Below, piece after piece: positions 1 through 10,070 of a stretch of 64,000 nucleotides of DNA. The stretch's first letter is position 1. Each line of letters opens with the position of its first letter. Made by a program: the position numbers and the translations under genes. The stretch covers positions 289,597 through 353,596 of the forward strand of contig JBFMHR010000003.1 in assembly GCA_040751795.1 (NCBI GenBank), written 5' to 3'. The notes beneath the pieces are model-generated. The model made no database searches, was not told the origin of the DNA, and saw only the letters and a list, made by a program, of their open reading frames with translations. The stretch comes from Thermoplasmatota archaeon (lineage in GTDB: Archaea > Thermoplasmatota > Thermoplasmata > UBA10834).

Positions 1-1
1 T

Positions 2-1012
2 GTGGTCGATGGCCTTGTTGGCGCACTCCTTGACGCAGAGGAGGCACTTGCCGCTCTTGAAGTGCAGGCAGTTCTCCTTGTCGACGGTGTACTTGAGGGG
101 CACGGCCTGCGGGAAGGGGACGTATATGGCCTTCCTCTTGCCGAAGCCCATGTCGAACTCGTTCTCCACCTTCACGGGGCAGACCTCGGCGCAGACGCCG
201 CAGCCGACGCACTTGTCCTCGTGCACGAACCTGGCCTTGCGCCGGACCTTGACGTCGTAGTTGCCGATGTAGCCCTTGACGTCCTCGACCTCGGAGTAGG
301 ACAGGAGGGTGACGTTGGGGTGCCTGGCGAGCTCGACCATCTTCGGGGCGAGTATGCAGATCGCGCAGTCGCCCGTGGGGAAGGTCTTGTCCAGCTGGGC
401 CATGACGCCCCCGATGCTCGGCTTGGACTCGACCAGGTAGACCTTGAAGCCCATGTTGGCGAGGTCGAGCGTGGCCTGTATGCCGGCGACGCCGCCTCCA
501 ACGACCAGCGCCTTGGGCTCGACCGGCACCTCCCTCGACTCCAGGGGGGCGAGCCTCGCGGCCTTCGAAACCCCCATGCGGACGAGGTCTATGGCCTTCT
601 CGGTGGCCTTCTCCTTCTCCTGGTTGTGGACCCAGGAGCACTGCTCCCGGATGTTGACCATGTGGAGCACATACGGGTTCAGGCCGGCCCTCTGGATGCA
701 GGCCCTGAAGGTCGGCTCGTGCATCCTGGGTGAACAGGACGCGATGACGACGCGGTCGACGTTGGCCTCCTTGATCGCCTTGACGATCTCCTCCTGGCCT
801 AGGTCGGAGCACGTGTACTTGTTGTCCCTGGCGACGACGACCCCGGACATCTTCGCCGCCTCCTCGGTGACCTTCGGGCAGTCCACCACTCCAGCTATGT
901 TGCTGCCGCAGTGGCACACGAAGACCCCGATCCTGGGCGTGGTCGTCTCGGCTTGGGTTGTCTTTTCCGTGCTTGTCAAAGGTTCCTCTTTCAGAGGCTC
1001 GGGCGACCCCAT
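2..1012 (-). CDS. hdrA: Heterodisulfide reductase subunit A-like flavoprotein, N-terminal part (runs off the window start)
   Basis: Not in the ORF track; translated by hand: RIGVFVCHCGSNIAGVVD, SCSPRMHEPTF, NIREQCSWVH, VVGGGVAGI (FAD), DKTFPTGDCAICILAP, CVGCGVCAEVCP (ferredoxin). ATG at 1012 follows AGGAGGGGG; alternative TTG start at 979. Confidence 0.93.
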   Translation of the reverse strand, partial: MGSPEPLKEEPLTSTEKTTQAETTTPRIGVFVCHCGSNIAGVVDCPKVTEEAAKMSGVVVARDNKYTCSDLGQEEIVKAIKEANVDRVVIASCSPRMHEPTFRACIQRAGLNPYVLHMVNIREQCSWVHNQEKEKATEKAIDLVRMGVSKAARLAPLESREVPVEPKALVVGGGVAGIQATLDLANMGFKVYLVESKPSIGGVMAQLDKTFPTGDCAICILAPKMVELARHPNVTLLSYSEVEDVKGYIGNYDVKVRRKARFVHEDKCVGCGVCAEVCPVKVENEFDMGFGKRKAIYVPFPQAVPLKYTVDKENCLHFKSGKCLLCVKECANKAIDH

Positions 1013-1444
1013 GGTTCCCCCTCCTACTCGACTTGCCGCGTCGAAGTGCCGGATGGCCCGAGTGACCCCGCGGGAAGGCACCATTTCCTGCCGACTGGCG
1101 CTCCCACTCAGACCAGGTGTCGGACGAGTGCAGATAATAAAGAGGTGCTTAATATAGGTTTCGTTGCGCGTCTTTCGAAAAACGCAGGCCTCCAGGCGAT
1201 AATCGTTAAAGTTGCCGTGGCGGGTTGTAGGTTCAATTTCAGCGATGGGCTCAGAATTTCGAAAATCGTATAATTGACGTTTCTCGTTGCCCCCTTTCGC
1301 AACGAACCTGCGCCCGCCATCGTGAGGCGGACGTCCTGTAAAGAGTTTTCTGAGGCCGTGTTCCCGGGTGCCAAGGCCCGGGCGACGGCCTTCGTACCTT
1401 CTGCCCGTAAGGCGCCGCGGCCATGTGCCCCGCGCCTGCCGCCC

Positions 1445-2527
1445 TCAGGCCCCCTTCTTCCGGTACCTGTGGGCGATGTAGCAGCTCCCCTCGCGGGACA
1501 CCATGCAGGGGCCCATTGGGGTCGCAGGGGTGCAGGCGTTGCCGAACAGGGGGCACTCCTCGCTCGTCAGGATGCCTCGCAGCATCTCCCCGCACCTGCA
1601 GCCCTCCACCTCGCCGTACTCCTTCTCCTCCACGGGCCTGAGCAGGTCCTCGAACCTCCGCCTCGCGTCGTGCGCCTCGAACCTGCGCCTCAGGGCGAGC
1701 CCGCTGCCTGGTATGATCGGGAAGCCCCTCCAGAGGACGTCGGACGGCTCGAACACGTCGTCAATCGCCTTCACCGCCGTCGGGTTCCCTTCGCGGTGGA
1801 CCACCCTGGTGTACTCGTTCTCGACCTCAGCCCTGCCCTCCTGGACCTGGCGGGCCAGCATGTACACGGCCATGAGGAGGTCGAGCGGCTCGAAGCCCGC
1901 GACGACCTGCGGGATCTTGTACTGCTTGGACAGGAACTCGTACGGCTTCGTGCCGATGATGGTGCTCACGTGCCCGGGCTGGATCATGCCCTGGAGCCTC
2001 ACCTCCCCCATGCCGGCGATGGCCGCCAGAGCGGGGGGCACGGTCCTGTGGCAGCTGATGACGGAGAAGTTGTCGGGCGGGTCGGAGAGGACCGCCGAGG
2101 CGGTCGTCGGCGCCGTCGTCTCGAACCCGATGCCCATGAAGACCACCTCCTTCCTCGACCTCCTCGCGAGGGCGACGGCATCGTCCACGCCGAACACTAT
2201 GTGCACGTCCGCCCCTTCGGCCTTCGCATCGTTGAGTGAGCCCTCCTCGCCCGGGACCTTCATGACATCGCCGAAGGCCGCGACGGTGACGCCCGCCCTG
2301 GCAAGGGCGAGCACCTCCTCCACCTCCTTGGGCGGCGTGACGCAGACGGGGCACCCTGGCCCCTGCCTTATGTCGACGCCGACGCGCCTGAACTCGGTGT
2401 CGAGCCCGAACCTCATCAGGGTGTCCTGGTGGGTCCCGCAGACGTGCATGACCGTGAGGTCGAGCCCCATGGATTCGAGCCTGTCGAGGACCTTCCTCGA
2501 TGTCTCCCTGTCCCTCAGCTTATACAT
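1445..2527 (-). CDS. hypD: Hydrogenase maturation protein HypD
   Basis: MHVCGTH, GPGCPVCVTP, GFETTAP, PGHVS and PMGPCMVSREGSC motifs. Confidence 0.97.
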   Translation of the reverse strand: MYKLRDRETSRKVLDRLESMGLDLTVMHVCGTHQDTLMRFGLDTEFRRVGVDIRQGPGCPVCVTPPKEVEEVLALARAGVTVAAFGDVMKVPGEEGSLNDAKAEGADVHIVFGVDDAVALARRSRKEVVFMGIGFETTAPTTASAVLSDPPDNFSVISCHRTVPPALAAIAGMGEVRLQGMIQPGHVSTIIGTKPYEFLSKQYKIPQVVAGFEPLDLLMAVYMLARQVQEGRAEVENEYTRVVHREGNPTAVKAIDDVFEPSDVLWRGFPIIPGSGLALRRRFEAHDARRRFEDLLRPVEEKEYGEVEGCRCGEMLRGILTSEECPLFGNACTPATPMGPCMVSREGSCYIAHRYRKKGA

Positions 2528-2894
2528 CCGGCACCACGACCCTGAGGTTCTTCACGGTGCATTCCCTCCCGCCAGAAATCCTGGCGAGCCCGCCGCACTT
2601 AGGGCACTCGAGTATGGGGACAGACCGGTGAGGCGTGTCCTCGGAGGGGGACATGGCCCCCCTGAACCCGCAGTCGCACTCGATGGTCCCCTTGACTGGG
2701 ACGATTGTCAGCTTCGACCCCTTGAGGATGCTGTCCTTGGTGAGCACCTCGTAGGCGAACCTGAGCTGCTCCTCGCCGAGCATGGTGAACTCCCCGAGCT
2801 CGAGGACCACCTCCTCGACCCTCTCGGCCTTCCACTTCCTGGCCTCATCGACGATGCCATCGACCATCTGGCTCATGACGGAGAACTCGTGCAT
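2520..2894 (-). CDS. hypA: Hydrogenase nickel incorporation protein HypA
   Basis: N-terminal MHE, ECDCG...CPKCG zinc site, GRE near the C-terminus; operon context. Confidence 0.93.
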   Translation of the reverse strand: MHEFSVMSQMVDGIVDEARKWKAERVEEVVLELGEFTMLGEEQLRFAYEVLTKDSILKGSKLTIVPVKGTIECDCGFRGAMSPSEDTPHRSVPILECPKCGGLARISGGRECTVKNLRVVVPDV

Positions 2895-2897
2895 CGC

Positions 2898-3125
2898 CTA
2901 GGCCCCCGTGTCCCCCTGCGAGAGGAGCTGCCGGAACAGATCCAGGGTCTTCTCGGCATCCTCCCTGTCGAGTATCTCTATGGCGTAGCCGGCGTGGACG
3001 ATGACGAAGTCCCCGACCTTCGCGTCGACGAGCGACACGTTGGCGGTCCTGGTCACGCCGCCGAAGTCGACGGTCGCCATCACGCCGTCTATGGACTTGA
3101 CCTCGGCTGGGACGGCAAGGCACAT
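2898..3125 (-). CDS. hypC: Hydrogenase assembly chaperone HypC
   Basis: MCLAVPAEV start, GDFVIVHAGYAI. Confidence 0.97.
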   Translation of the reverse strand: MCLAVPAEVKSIDGVMATVDFGGVTRTANVSLVDAKVGDFVIVHAGYAIEILDREDAEKTLDLFRQLLSQGDTGA

Positions 3126-3160
3126 CGGACGGTCAGTATGTGGGTCCCGTTGATAAACAT

Positions 3161-5368
3161 TTAGCCGAGCCGCGCGCCAGCTATCGCGTTCTGGCCGGTC
3201 GATATCCCGCCGTCCCCGTTGGGGACCCTCTCATCCCCGACGAACTCGAGCCCCCTCGCCTCGACCGCCTGCTTCACCCACGCGGTCACGGGCCCGCTGA
3301 ACGACACGCCGCCGGTGAGGCCAACCTGTCTCAGCCCCTCCGACGAGGCGCGGTCACAAGCCCGGTCCGCGAGTCCCGAAACGAGCGTCTTCACGAACGA
3401 TGCGGCTGCGTCCGCCCTCTCCCGGTCGGACTCGGGTTTGAGCCCCATGAGCTGCGACAGCATCGGCACGGTCTGGGCCACTTCCACCTTCCCGTCCATC
3501 CTGAACTCCAGGTCGAAGAGTACGTCGGGCCTCCCCGCCTCCAGCCACCTCTCGAGCTTGATCGCCGGCTCGCCCTCGTAGGTCCTCCTGCAGCAGACGC
3601 CCAGGATGCACGAGACCGCGTCGAGGACGCGGCCCATGCTCGAGGCCGTCACGCTCCTCGGGAGCATCTTCGCGTAGATGTCTGCGGCCTCCCCGTCGAC
3701 CATCGTCGGCTCCATCCCCGCCATGAGCTGCACTGCGGTGACGACCCTCCTAGGATCGGTCACAGCCCTGTCACCGCCGAGTAGCGGGATACCCTGGAGG
3801 GTCCCGAACCGCACATAGCCGTCGTAGTCCGCGACCATGCTCTCCCCCCCCCACGAGGTCCCGTCGTCGCCGTAGCCAGTGCCGTCCCAGGTGAGGCACG
3901 CGAGCGGCCCATCGATGCCCCTGTCTATCTTGAGCGCGGCCGCGTGCGCGTGGTAGTGCTGCGTCTCGAACATCGGGCAACCGAACTCCTTCGCGAGCCT
4001 GCGCGCTACGATGCGGGTCGAGTACCTCGGGTGCTTGTCGAGGCCTATGGCCTCGACCTCCTTCACTCCGAGCAGCCTCGCGAGGTGGTGGACCGCGTCG
4101 TCGAGGTACTGCAGCGTAGGGTGCTGCTGCGACTCGCCGACGTACTGTGTCAGGAACACCTCGCCGTTCCTGCTGACCGAGCCGGTGACGTCCCACTGGG
4201 CCCCGACACCGACCACGGAGCGCCCGTGGTTCGCCTTGATCGGGACGGGGACGAACCCCCTGGACTTGCGCGTGAAGTTGGTCAGCCCGGAGTTGACCTT
4301 GACGACCGTGTCGTCGCACCGGTGGATGATCCGCCTGTTGTGCAGGAGGTAGGCGTCGAGCCCCAGCTCGAACGCCTTCTCGTTCTCGACCACCATCGGC
4401 TCGCCCGGCGGGTTGGCCGAGGTCATTATCACCCCGTCGGCCCTGAGGTGCCTGAACATGAGCAGGTGCGCTGCGGAGTAGGGGAGCATGACGCCGACGT
4501 TGCCGAGGCCGGGCGAGACCTTCTCCAGCTCCTCGGCCCTCTCCGGCCTCTTGCGCAGAAGGACAATCGGGCGCTGCGGGGATGTCAGGAGCACCCGCTC
4601 CTGGTCGCCAACGGCGGCGTATTCCTCGACGGTGCGGAGGTCCCGCATCATGACCGCGTAGGGCTTGTCACCGCGCCGGTAGACCTTCCTCAGCCTCGGG
4701 GCGTTCGAGAGGGTGCAGACTATGTGCATGCCGCCCCACCCCTTGAGGAGGCCGACGGAGCCGCCGTCCACCCTCTTCGCGAACTCCTCGAACGGGTCGC
4801 CCGGGACGACGTCCCGGGCGTTATCATATAACGTGTACGTAGGGCCGCATGCCGGGCAGGACAGGGTCTGCGCGTGGAACCGCCGGTCCTCGGGCGACAA
4901 GTACTCCCCGTGACACGACGGGCATGGGGGGAAGTCCGACATGCTCGTCCTCGCCCTGTCGAACGGCACATCTGCAATGACGGTGAACCTCGCCCCGCAC
5001 TCCGTGCAGTTGGTGAAGGGGAAGAGGTGCCTCCTGTTCCCCTCCTCGTTGAAGTCGTCGGCGCATCGCTGGCATATCGCGGTGTCGGTCGGGATGAGGG
5101 ACACTCTCCTCCCATCTGTGCTCTCCGCGATTCTGAACTCCCCGAGCTCTTCCTCGGTGTCCTCGATGTCCGCCCGGTCGATCCTGGCCAGCGACGGCAG
5201 CGCCTCCCTTAGGCGCCGGAGGAACTCCTCGGCGTCCCTGTCGACGTGGACCTCGACGTTGGAGCCGTTGTTCAGGACGTACCCCTTCAGGCCCATGGCC
5301 TTCGCGACCCTGAACACGGTGGGCCTGAAGCCGACCCCCTGGACTACGCCGTACACGGTTACCTTCAT
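3161..5368 (-). CDS. hypF: Carbamoyltransferase HypF
   Basis: GVVQGVGFRP acylphosphatase domain, CxxC zinc fingers, MTSAN, QHYHAH, DGTGYG, DGGISTGQ. Confidence 0.97.
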   Translation of the reverse strand: MKVTVYGVVQGVGFRPTVFRVAKAMGLKGYVLNNGSNVEVHVDRDAEEFLRRLREALPSLARIDRADIEDTEEELGEFRIAESTDGRRVSLIPTDTAICQRCADDFNEEGNRRHLFPFTNCTECGARFTVIADVPFDRARTSMSDFPPCPSCHGEYLSPEDRRFHAQTLSCPACGPTYTLYDNARDVVPGDPFEEFAKRVDGGSVGLLKGWGGMHIVCTLSNAPRLRKVYRRGDKPYAVMMRDLRTVEEYAAVGDQERVLLTSPQRPIVLLRKRPERAEELEKVSPGLGNVGVMLPYSAAHLLMFRHLRADGVIMTSANPPGEPMVVENEKAFELGLDAYLLHNRRIIHRCDDTVVKVNSGLTNFTRKSRGFVPVPIKANHGRSVVGVGAQWDVTGSVSRNGEVFLTQYVGESQQHPTLQYLDDAVHHLARLLGVKEVEAIGLDKHPRYSTRIVARRLAKEFGCPMFETQHYHAHAAALKIDRGIDGPLACLTWDGTGYGDDGTSWGGESMVADYDGYVRFGTLQGIPLLGGDRAVTDPRRVVTAVQLMAGMEPTMVDGEAADIYAKMLPRSVTASSMGRVLDAVSCILGVCCRRTYEGEPAIKLERWLEAGRPDVLFDLEFRMDGKVEVAQTVPMLSQLMGLKPESDRERADAAASFVKTLVSGLADRACDRASSEGLRQVGLTGGVSFSGPVTAWVKQAVEARGLEFVGDERVPNGDGGISTGQNAIAGARLG

Positions 5369-5377
5369 CGGCTACCC

Positions 5378-6028
5378 CTACAGCCCGAGCGCGGACACGA
5401 GCTCGTCCAACCCCCTGCCGCGCCTCGTGTCCATCATTATGACCTTGGCCCCGGGGTTGATCCTCCTCGCGTCCCTCTCGAGTATCCTCGGATCGACGCC
5501 CATCGCCTCCGCGAGGTCGACCTTGTTGATGACTATGATGTCCGAGAACGCGAATATCGGCGGGTGCTTCCTGACCATGTCGTCGCCCTCCGTGACGCTG
5601 ATGACCACGACGCGCACGTGCGAGCCGACGGGGAAGTCGACGGGGCAGACCAGGTTGCCCACGTTCTCAATGAAGAGGTAGTCCAGCTCCTCCAGGGGGA
5701 GGTCCTCGAGAGCGTGGTCCACCAGGTGGGCGTCGAGGTGGCACTCCTTCCCCGTGTTGATGTTCGCGGCGGGTATGCCGTGCGATACGAACCTCTGGTA
5801 GTCGTCGTCGCCCGAGACGTCCCCCGCGATGGCCGCCGCCCTCTTGCCCTTGGACCTCAGGTGGTCCACGAGCTTCTCGATGATCAGGGTCTTGCCGGAA
5901 CCGATGGCCCCTAGGAAGTCGAACGCCCTGATGCCGTGCTCGTCGAGGAGGGCCCGGTTGTGGTCGGCGATGTGCCGGTTCTCGGAGAGGATGTCCTTCT
6001 CCATCTCGACCGTGACGACCTTGTGCAT
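5378..6028 (-). CDS. hypB: Hydrogenase nickel GTPase HypB
   Basis: GAIGSGKT, ECHLDAH, ENVGNLVCP, NKVD. Start chosen at MHKVV (6028); ATG 6052 is possible. Confidence 0.96.
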   Translation of the reverse strand: MHKVVTVEMEKDILSENRHIADHNRALLDEHGIRAFDFLGAIGSGKTLIIEKLVDHLRSKGKRAAAIAGDVSGDDDYQRFVSHGIPAANINTGKECHLDAHLVDHALEDLPLEELDYLFIENVGNLVCPVDFPVGSHVRVVVISVTEGDDMVRKHPPIFAFSDIIVINKVDLAEAMGVDPRILERDARRINPGAKVIMMDTRRGRGLDELVSALGL

Positions 6029-6116
6029 GCCCGTGAATCCGGCCTGGCCCATTAATATTTTGGCCCGGCGGGCCCGTGCGCCGTCGCGACGCGTGAGTTA
6101 AAAGGATGGGAGGGGG

Positions 6117-7532
6117 CTACTTGCCCCTCTCCTTCTTCTCCTCAACTGGTTTCTCCTCTTCCTCGACGGCCCTGGTGACCTTGGCCTTCAGCTCCTTGTT
6201 CTCGTCGAGGACGCCTGTGAGGACGCCCATGATGTCCTTGAAGCCGAGGTCGTTCGGCCTCGCGAGCCTGTTCAGGACGGACATGGCGGAGCTGTCGCTT
6301 GCGACGCTCATGCTCTCGATCATCTGCCCGAGGTCGAAGCCCGCCCTCGCGCTGCTGCCGCCCGCGAACACCTTGAGGTCCGCGCTGCTGAGCGCCTTGG
6401 CGGTCTCTATGCCGATCTCCTTCTGCATGTCGACCAGCTTCTCGGCCACGAGGGCCCTGATGGCCTCGGGGCCGAACCTGTTGAGGGCGTCCTGGAGCTT
6501 CATCTTGGCCTCGGCATCGGCGAGACCCCTCTCCCTGATGGGGGACGCCTCACCCTTCGCCTTCTCGGTCAGGTAGATCCTGTCGCCCTCACCGTCGAGC
6601 CTCTTCTGCTCCTTGTTGATCTCCTCGACCTCCTTGTTCTGGTTGGCGACGACGAGGGCCTTCTGCTTCATGATCTCGGCCATCTTGACCTCTTCGACCC
6701 TGACGACCTCGTACTGCTCGGCGACGGCGACCTTCTGCTGCTCGGCGACGGCCTTGTCCTTCTCCTGCTCCCTCTTGGCCACCTCCTCGTCCCTGCGGAT
6801 CTCCCGCTTCTTGGCCTCCTCGTCCGTCTCCGCCTCCTTGAGCCTGGCGATCTTCCTCTGCTCGGCGTTCTTCTGGCGCGCCTCGCTGTTGATCTGCTCC
6901 TCGATGATGGAGGAGATGTCCTTGATCACGTGCGGGGGCTCCTCCTCGCCGTACTCGGCCTTGGTCGGGTCCTTGAAGTCCACCAGCTCGATGTCCTTGA
7001 GGTCTATGCCCCAGTGCTGGATGGCCTCCCTCAGGGAGGGGGTCACCGTCTCGATGATGTCCTCCCTGTTGTTGATGATCTCCCTGATTGTCTTCTTGGT
7101 GCACGCGTCCCTGGTGGTCGCCATCACAATCTGCGCCACCTGCTGCTCGAGCTCGTGGATGTTGCCCCCGAACCTCTGGGCGGCCTTCACCGGCTCCGTC
7201 ACAGCGACGTACGTGATGATGTTGCAGAGGAACCTCGCCCTGTCGATGTCGAACGACATGAAGTTCGCGACATCGATGGTGATCATCCTGAGCGGGACCC
7301 TGTGGACCGTCATGCCCAGCCCGAACAGGAAGAACCAGCTCGGGATCTTGAAGTACGCAGCCTTGCCCACAGTGTTGTACTCCTTGTGCGGCGAGAGCAC
7401 GCGCATCTTGCCCTTCTGGATCACGACGTCGACGTAGTCCGCGGGGACGATGGTGTACATCGCCGCGAAGATCGCGAACAGCAGCAGGATGCTGAAGAGG
7501 ATGATCAGTATGAGCATCCAGGTCTCGATCAT
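6117..7532 (-). CDS. SPFH/flotillin-family membrane protein
   Basis: N-terminal TM helix, band-7-like domain, long E/K/A-rich coiled coil ending in AEA..A repeats. Confidence 0.8.
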   Translation of the reverse strand: MIETWMLILIILFSILLLFAIFAAMYTIVPADYVDVVIQKGKMRVLSPHKEYNTVGKAAYFKIPSWFFLFGLGMTVHRVPLRMITIDVANFMSFDIDRARFLCNIITYVAVTEPVKAAQRFGGNIHELEQQVAQIVMATTRDACTKKTIREIINNREDIIETVTPSLREAIQHWGIDLKDIELVDFKDPTKAEYGEEEPPHVIKDISSIIEEQINSEARQKNAEQRKIARLKEAETDEEAKKREIRRDEEVAKREQEKDKAVAEQQKVAVAEQYEVVRVEEVKMAEIMKQKALVVANQNKEVEEINKEQKRLDGEGDRIYLTEKAKGEASPIRERGLADAEAKMKLQDALNRFGPEAIRALVAEKLVDMQKEIGIETAKALSSADLKVFAGGSSARAGFDLGQMIESMSVASDSSAMSVLNRLARPNDLGFKDIMGVLTGVLDENKELKAKVTRAVEEEEKPVEEKKERGK

Positions 7533-7780
7533 GCGCTCACCTTCTTCATCGCGGTCAGGACGAGCGTCCCGTCGTACAGCCGCCCCGCGATCATCCGGTG
7601 CGGCAGTAGGGTGACGATGTCCTCCTTCTCGACGTAGATGTCCTTGCCGTCGTTCAGGTCCCTGTACGCGCTCTCCAAGTCCTCGATCGTGCGGAAGATG
7701 ATCCTGTCCCCCTTGGCCTTGTCGCCAAGGATGAGCTCCTCTACGGAGTAGATCTTCTTCCCCTCCGGGCTCTGTCTCAT
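7529..7780 (-). CDS. Small hypothetical protein, translationally coupled to the flotillin gene
   Basis: ATGA overlap with the flotillin start, host-like codon usage, GGGGA upstream. Confidence 0.65.
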   Translation of the reverse strand: MRQSPEGKKIYSVEELILGDKAKGDRIIFRTIEDLESAYRDLNDGKDIYVEKEDIVTLLPHRMIAGRLYDGTLVLTAMKKVSA

Positions 7781-7923
7781 GGTACCAATTCCCCCAGCTT
7801 CATTTCCTGGCGCGGCGCCTAGCTGCCGCGCCTTCTGGCCTCAAGAACGTCGTCGACCTTTATTAACACAGAGGGTGGGAATCCGTGCATCGGCTGCGCC
7901 GGAGCTGGCACATCAGCGCCCCC

Positions 7924-8316
7924 TCATATCCTGGAGCCGATGAGGAAGAGCTGGGGCAGGGATCCGACGAGGGCTGTCAGGAAGATCAGGGCAATGGCGA
8001 GGACGAAGTGCATCGTCACGATGGAGACGATGATCGAGATTGCGAGGACAACCAGGGACACGACCCAGACCGCCGTGAACTTGACCGCCTTCCGCCCGGG
8101 CGAGCCGCCGATCCAGGGGAAGTCGTTCAGGAAGTCGTCCCTGCCCTCCGCGCGCTGCATCTTGCGGATCATGTGCTCGCTGGGCGGCCTGGAGAGGAGC
8201 CACGCTCCGCACCTGGGGCAGTTCGTCCCCCGTTGGTTGAAGCCAATCCGCTTCTCGCACTTGGGGCACCGCAAGTCCTCAGCTCCGTCGTCGTATGATA
8301 GCAGGTGGCGCCTCAT
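7924..8316 (-). CDS. Zinc-ribbon membrane protein
   Basis: CPKC...CPRC followed by two hydrophobic helices; start trimmed to MRRHLL. Confidence 0.65.
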   Translation of the reverse strand: MRRHLLSYDDGAEDLRCPKCEKRIGFNQRGTNCPRCGAWLLSRPPSEHMIRKMQRAEGRDDFLNDFPWIGGSPGRKAVKFTAVWVVSLVVLAISIIVSIVTMHFVLAIALIFLTALVGSLPQLFLIGSRI

Positions 8317-8342
8317 GAACCCTTCTGACCGGTCATGGCCCG

Positions 8343-8630
8343 TCAGATCCATCTGTCGGAAGGGTAGGAGTCCTTGTGGAGGACCAGGGACACGAGGGCG
8401 AAGGCGATCACGAAGTTGAAGAACACCAGGAAGAAAGTGACGATGTACCCGCCCGACATGAAGGGGTTGTCGAACTCCTCTTCTGCCCACGGGACGACCC
8501 AGATGAGGACCAGGGCGTCCGCGACCACGGTGGCCAGGGCCGCCACCGCGGCGATGGCCATCCGCCTTCCCCGCTCCTCATCGTCCGCGGCGAAGTCATC
8601 CTTCAGTTTCGGCTCCTCGGAGCTCATCAT
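8343..8630 (-). CDS. Small two-TM membrane protein
   Basis: Two hydrophobic segments; GAGG just before ATG. Confidence 0.6.
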   Translation of the reverse strand: MMSSEEPKLKDDFAADDEERGRRMAIAAVAALATVVADALVLIWVVPWAEEEFDNPFMSGGYIVTFFLVFFNFVIAFALVSLVLHKDSYPSDRWI

Positions 8631-8756
8631 CCTCTGGGAGGTGAGCATGCCTGCGCTACAACTATGTTGCGGGACTTGGCGCCCGCAGGGTTGATAACGG
8701 CGGACCGGGATTCGGCGAGTCGCCAGGGTTTCCCGTGGCTGAGGGGCAGGACCGTC

Positions 8757-9695
8757 ATGAGTGTGAGGTTCAGGAAGTACGACCCCGCGCTAGATTTCCT
8801 CGGGGTCCGGAAGATGCTGGTGGAAACGTTCGACGCATTCGACAGGCCCCTGAACTGGCGGATCGAGAGATGGAACTACGCCAGGCACTTCGAGGCCCCA
8901 TACCTCTGCCGGGACGAGGAGATCACTCCGGAGAAGAGCCGCGACGCCATCCGGTTCTGGGAAGCCTCCGTGGGGATATGGGAGGACGAGGAGGACGGGG
9001 TCGTCGGGGCGGTCCACACTGAGCATCCCGCGCTCGGGGACGCGTTCATCCAGAGGCACCCTAGGCATCTGGACCTACTCGGGGACATGCTGGACTACGC
9101 GGAGTCGCACCTGGCAGACAGGGGGAGGGGAGTGCTCAGGACATTCGTCTACGAGCACGACAGGGACATGCTGTCCCTGGTGGAGGCCCGCGGCTACAGG
9201 AAGATCGAGGAGGACTGGGACTACGACCAGGAGATCTCCGTGAGGGACCTGCCCCTTCCGGACCTGCCGAGCGGGTATTCGATAGTCTCGATGGCCGAGA
9301 TGGACGACCTCGAGGCGAGGGGGCGGGCGTTCGGCCTGGGCTTCGACCATCCAGAGCCGATCCACTGGGCGCCCGTCCACGTCTACGAGGAGCTCCAGCG
9401 CGCTCCCGACTACAGGAGGGGCCTCGACCTGTGCGCGGTCGCACCTGACGGAGAGATCGCCTCGTTCTGCATTGTGTGGTACGACACCCGCAACAGGATA
9501 GGAGTCCTCGAACCGGTCGGGACGGTCCCGCGGCACAGGAAGATGGGGCTGGCGAAGGCGGTGATATCCGAGGGGGCGAGGCGGATCGCGGCCATGGGCG
9601 CCGAGAGGTTGATAGTTGGCGGAGGTCAGGAGTACTATGGGAAGATGGGATTCCGGAAGACCCACACCTGCTTCGGATGGACGAAGACCATCTGA
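8757..9695 (+). CDS. GNAT-family N-acetyltransferase (tandem GNAT)
   Basis: EPVGTVPRHRKMGLAKA acetyl-CoA motif, YYGKMGF; start trimmed to MSVRFRK. Confidence 0.85.
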   Translation: MSVRFRKYDPALDFLGVRKMLVETFDAFDRPLNWRIERWNYARHFEAPYLCRDEEITPEKSRDAIRFWEASVGIWEDEEDGVVGAVHTEHPALGDAFIQRHPRHLDLLGDMLDYAESHLADRGRGVLRTFVYEHDRDMLSLVEARGYRKIEEDWDYDQEISVRDLPLPDLPSGYSIVSMAEMDDLEARGRAFGLGFDHPEPIHWAPVHVYEELQRAPDYRRGLDLCAVAPDGEIASFCIVWYDTRNRIGVLEPVGTVPRHRKMGLAKAVISEGARRIAAMGAERLIVGGGQEYYGKMGFRKTHTCFGWTKTI

Positions 9696-9770
9696 TCATA
9701 CCGTCGCGACCGCCATCCGCCTCGGAATGCTGCCTGGTCCGGGGAACTCTGCAGCTGGTCGGGCGAGATG

Positions 9771-9795
9771 TGCCTATGAATGGGGCAGAGGGATT
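9771..9795. repeat. Degenerate att-like copy of the tRNA-Trp 3' end
   Basis: ggggcagagggatt at 9782-9795 is identical to 11633-11646, with tgccta shared upstream. Confidence 0.7.
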
Positions 9796-9995
9796 CAAGC
9801 TCCTGCAGAGCCAATGTGTCCGGAGCCTGAGGAAATCAAGCGGGACTTCGTACGGGGACGACCCGTTTGAGTCCTCCGCTACCCCCCCTCATCGCCATCA
9901 ACGAGATCGATCTGCGCCTGAAGGTTGATCGCCTCAGGCCGGCACGGCAAGCCCCCTTAGATGGACAGCCGCCCAGCAGTAGGCATGTGTCCGAC

Positions 9996-10070
9996 AACTT
10001 TAAAGTTCACATACATAATGGGATATATCCGATAATTATTCATATTAGTGGCACAATGAGATATATTGTG
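9996..10070 (+). promoter_or_regulatory. AT-rich promoter with palindromes, possible autoregulatory operators of the TA operon
   Basis: AACTTTAAAGTT (9996-10007), GGATATATCC (10021-10030), CACAAT-n7-ATTGTG (10052-10070). Confidence 0.4.

Noticed and set aside
350-380. Possible selenocysteine in the HdrA DKTFPTxD(C/U) motif
   Set aside because: The codon is TGC (Cys); no in-frame TGA in the visible part.
8636-8694. Strong GGAGGTGA SD followed by a 15-codon ORF (MPALQLCCGTWRPQG) upstream of the GNAT gene
   Set aside because: Too short, lies in a divergent promoter region, and has no other support.
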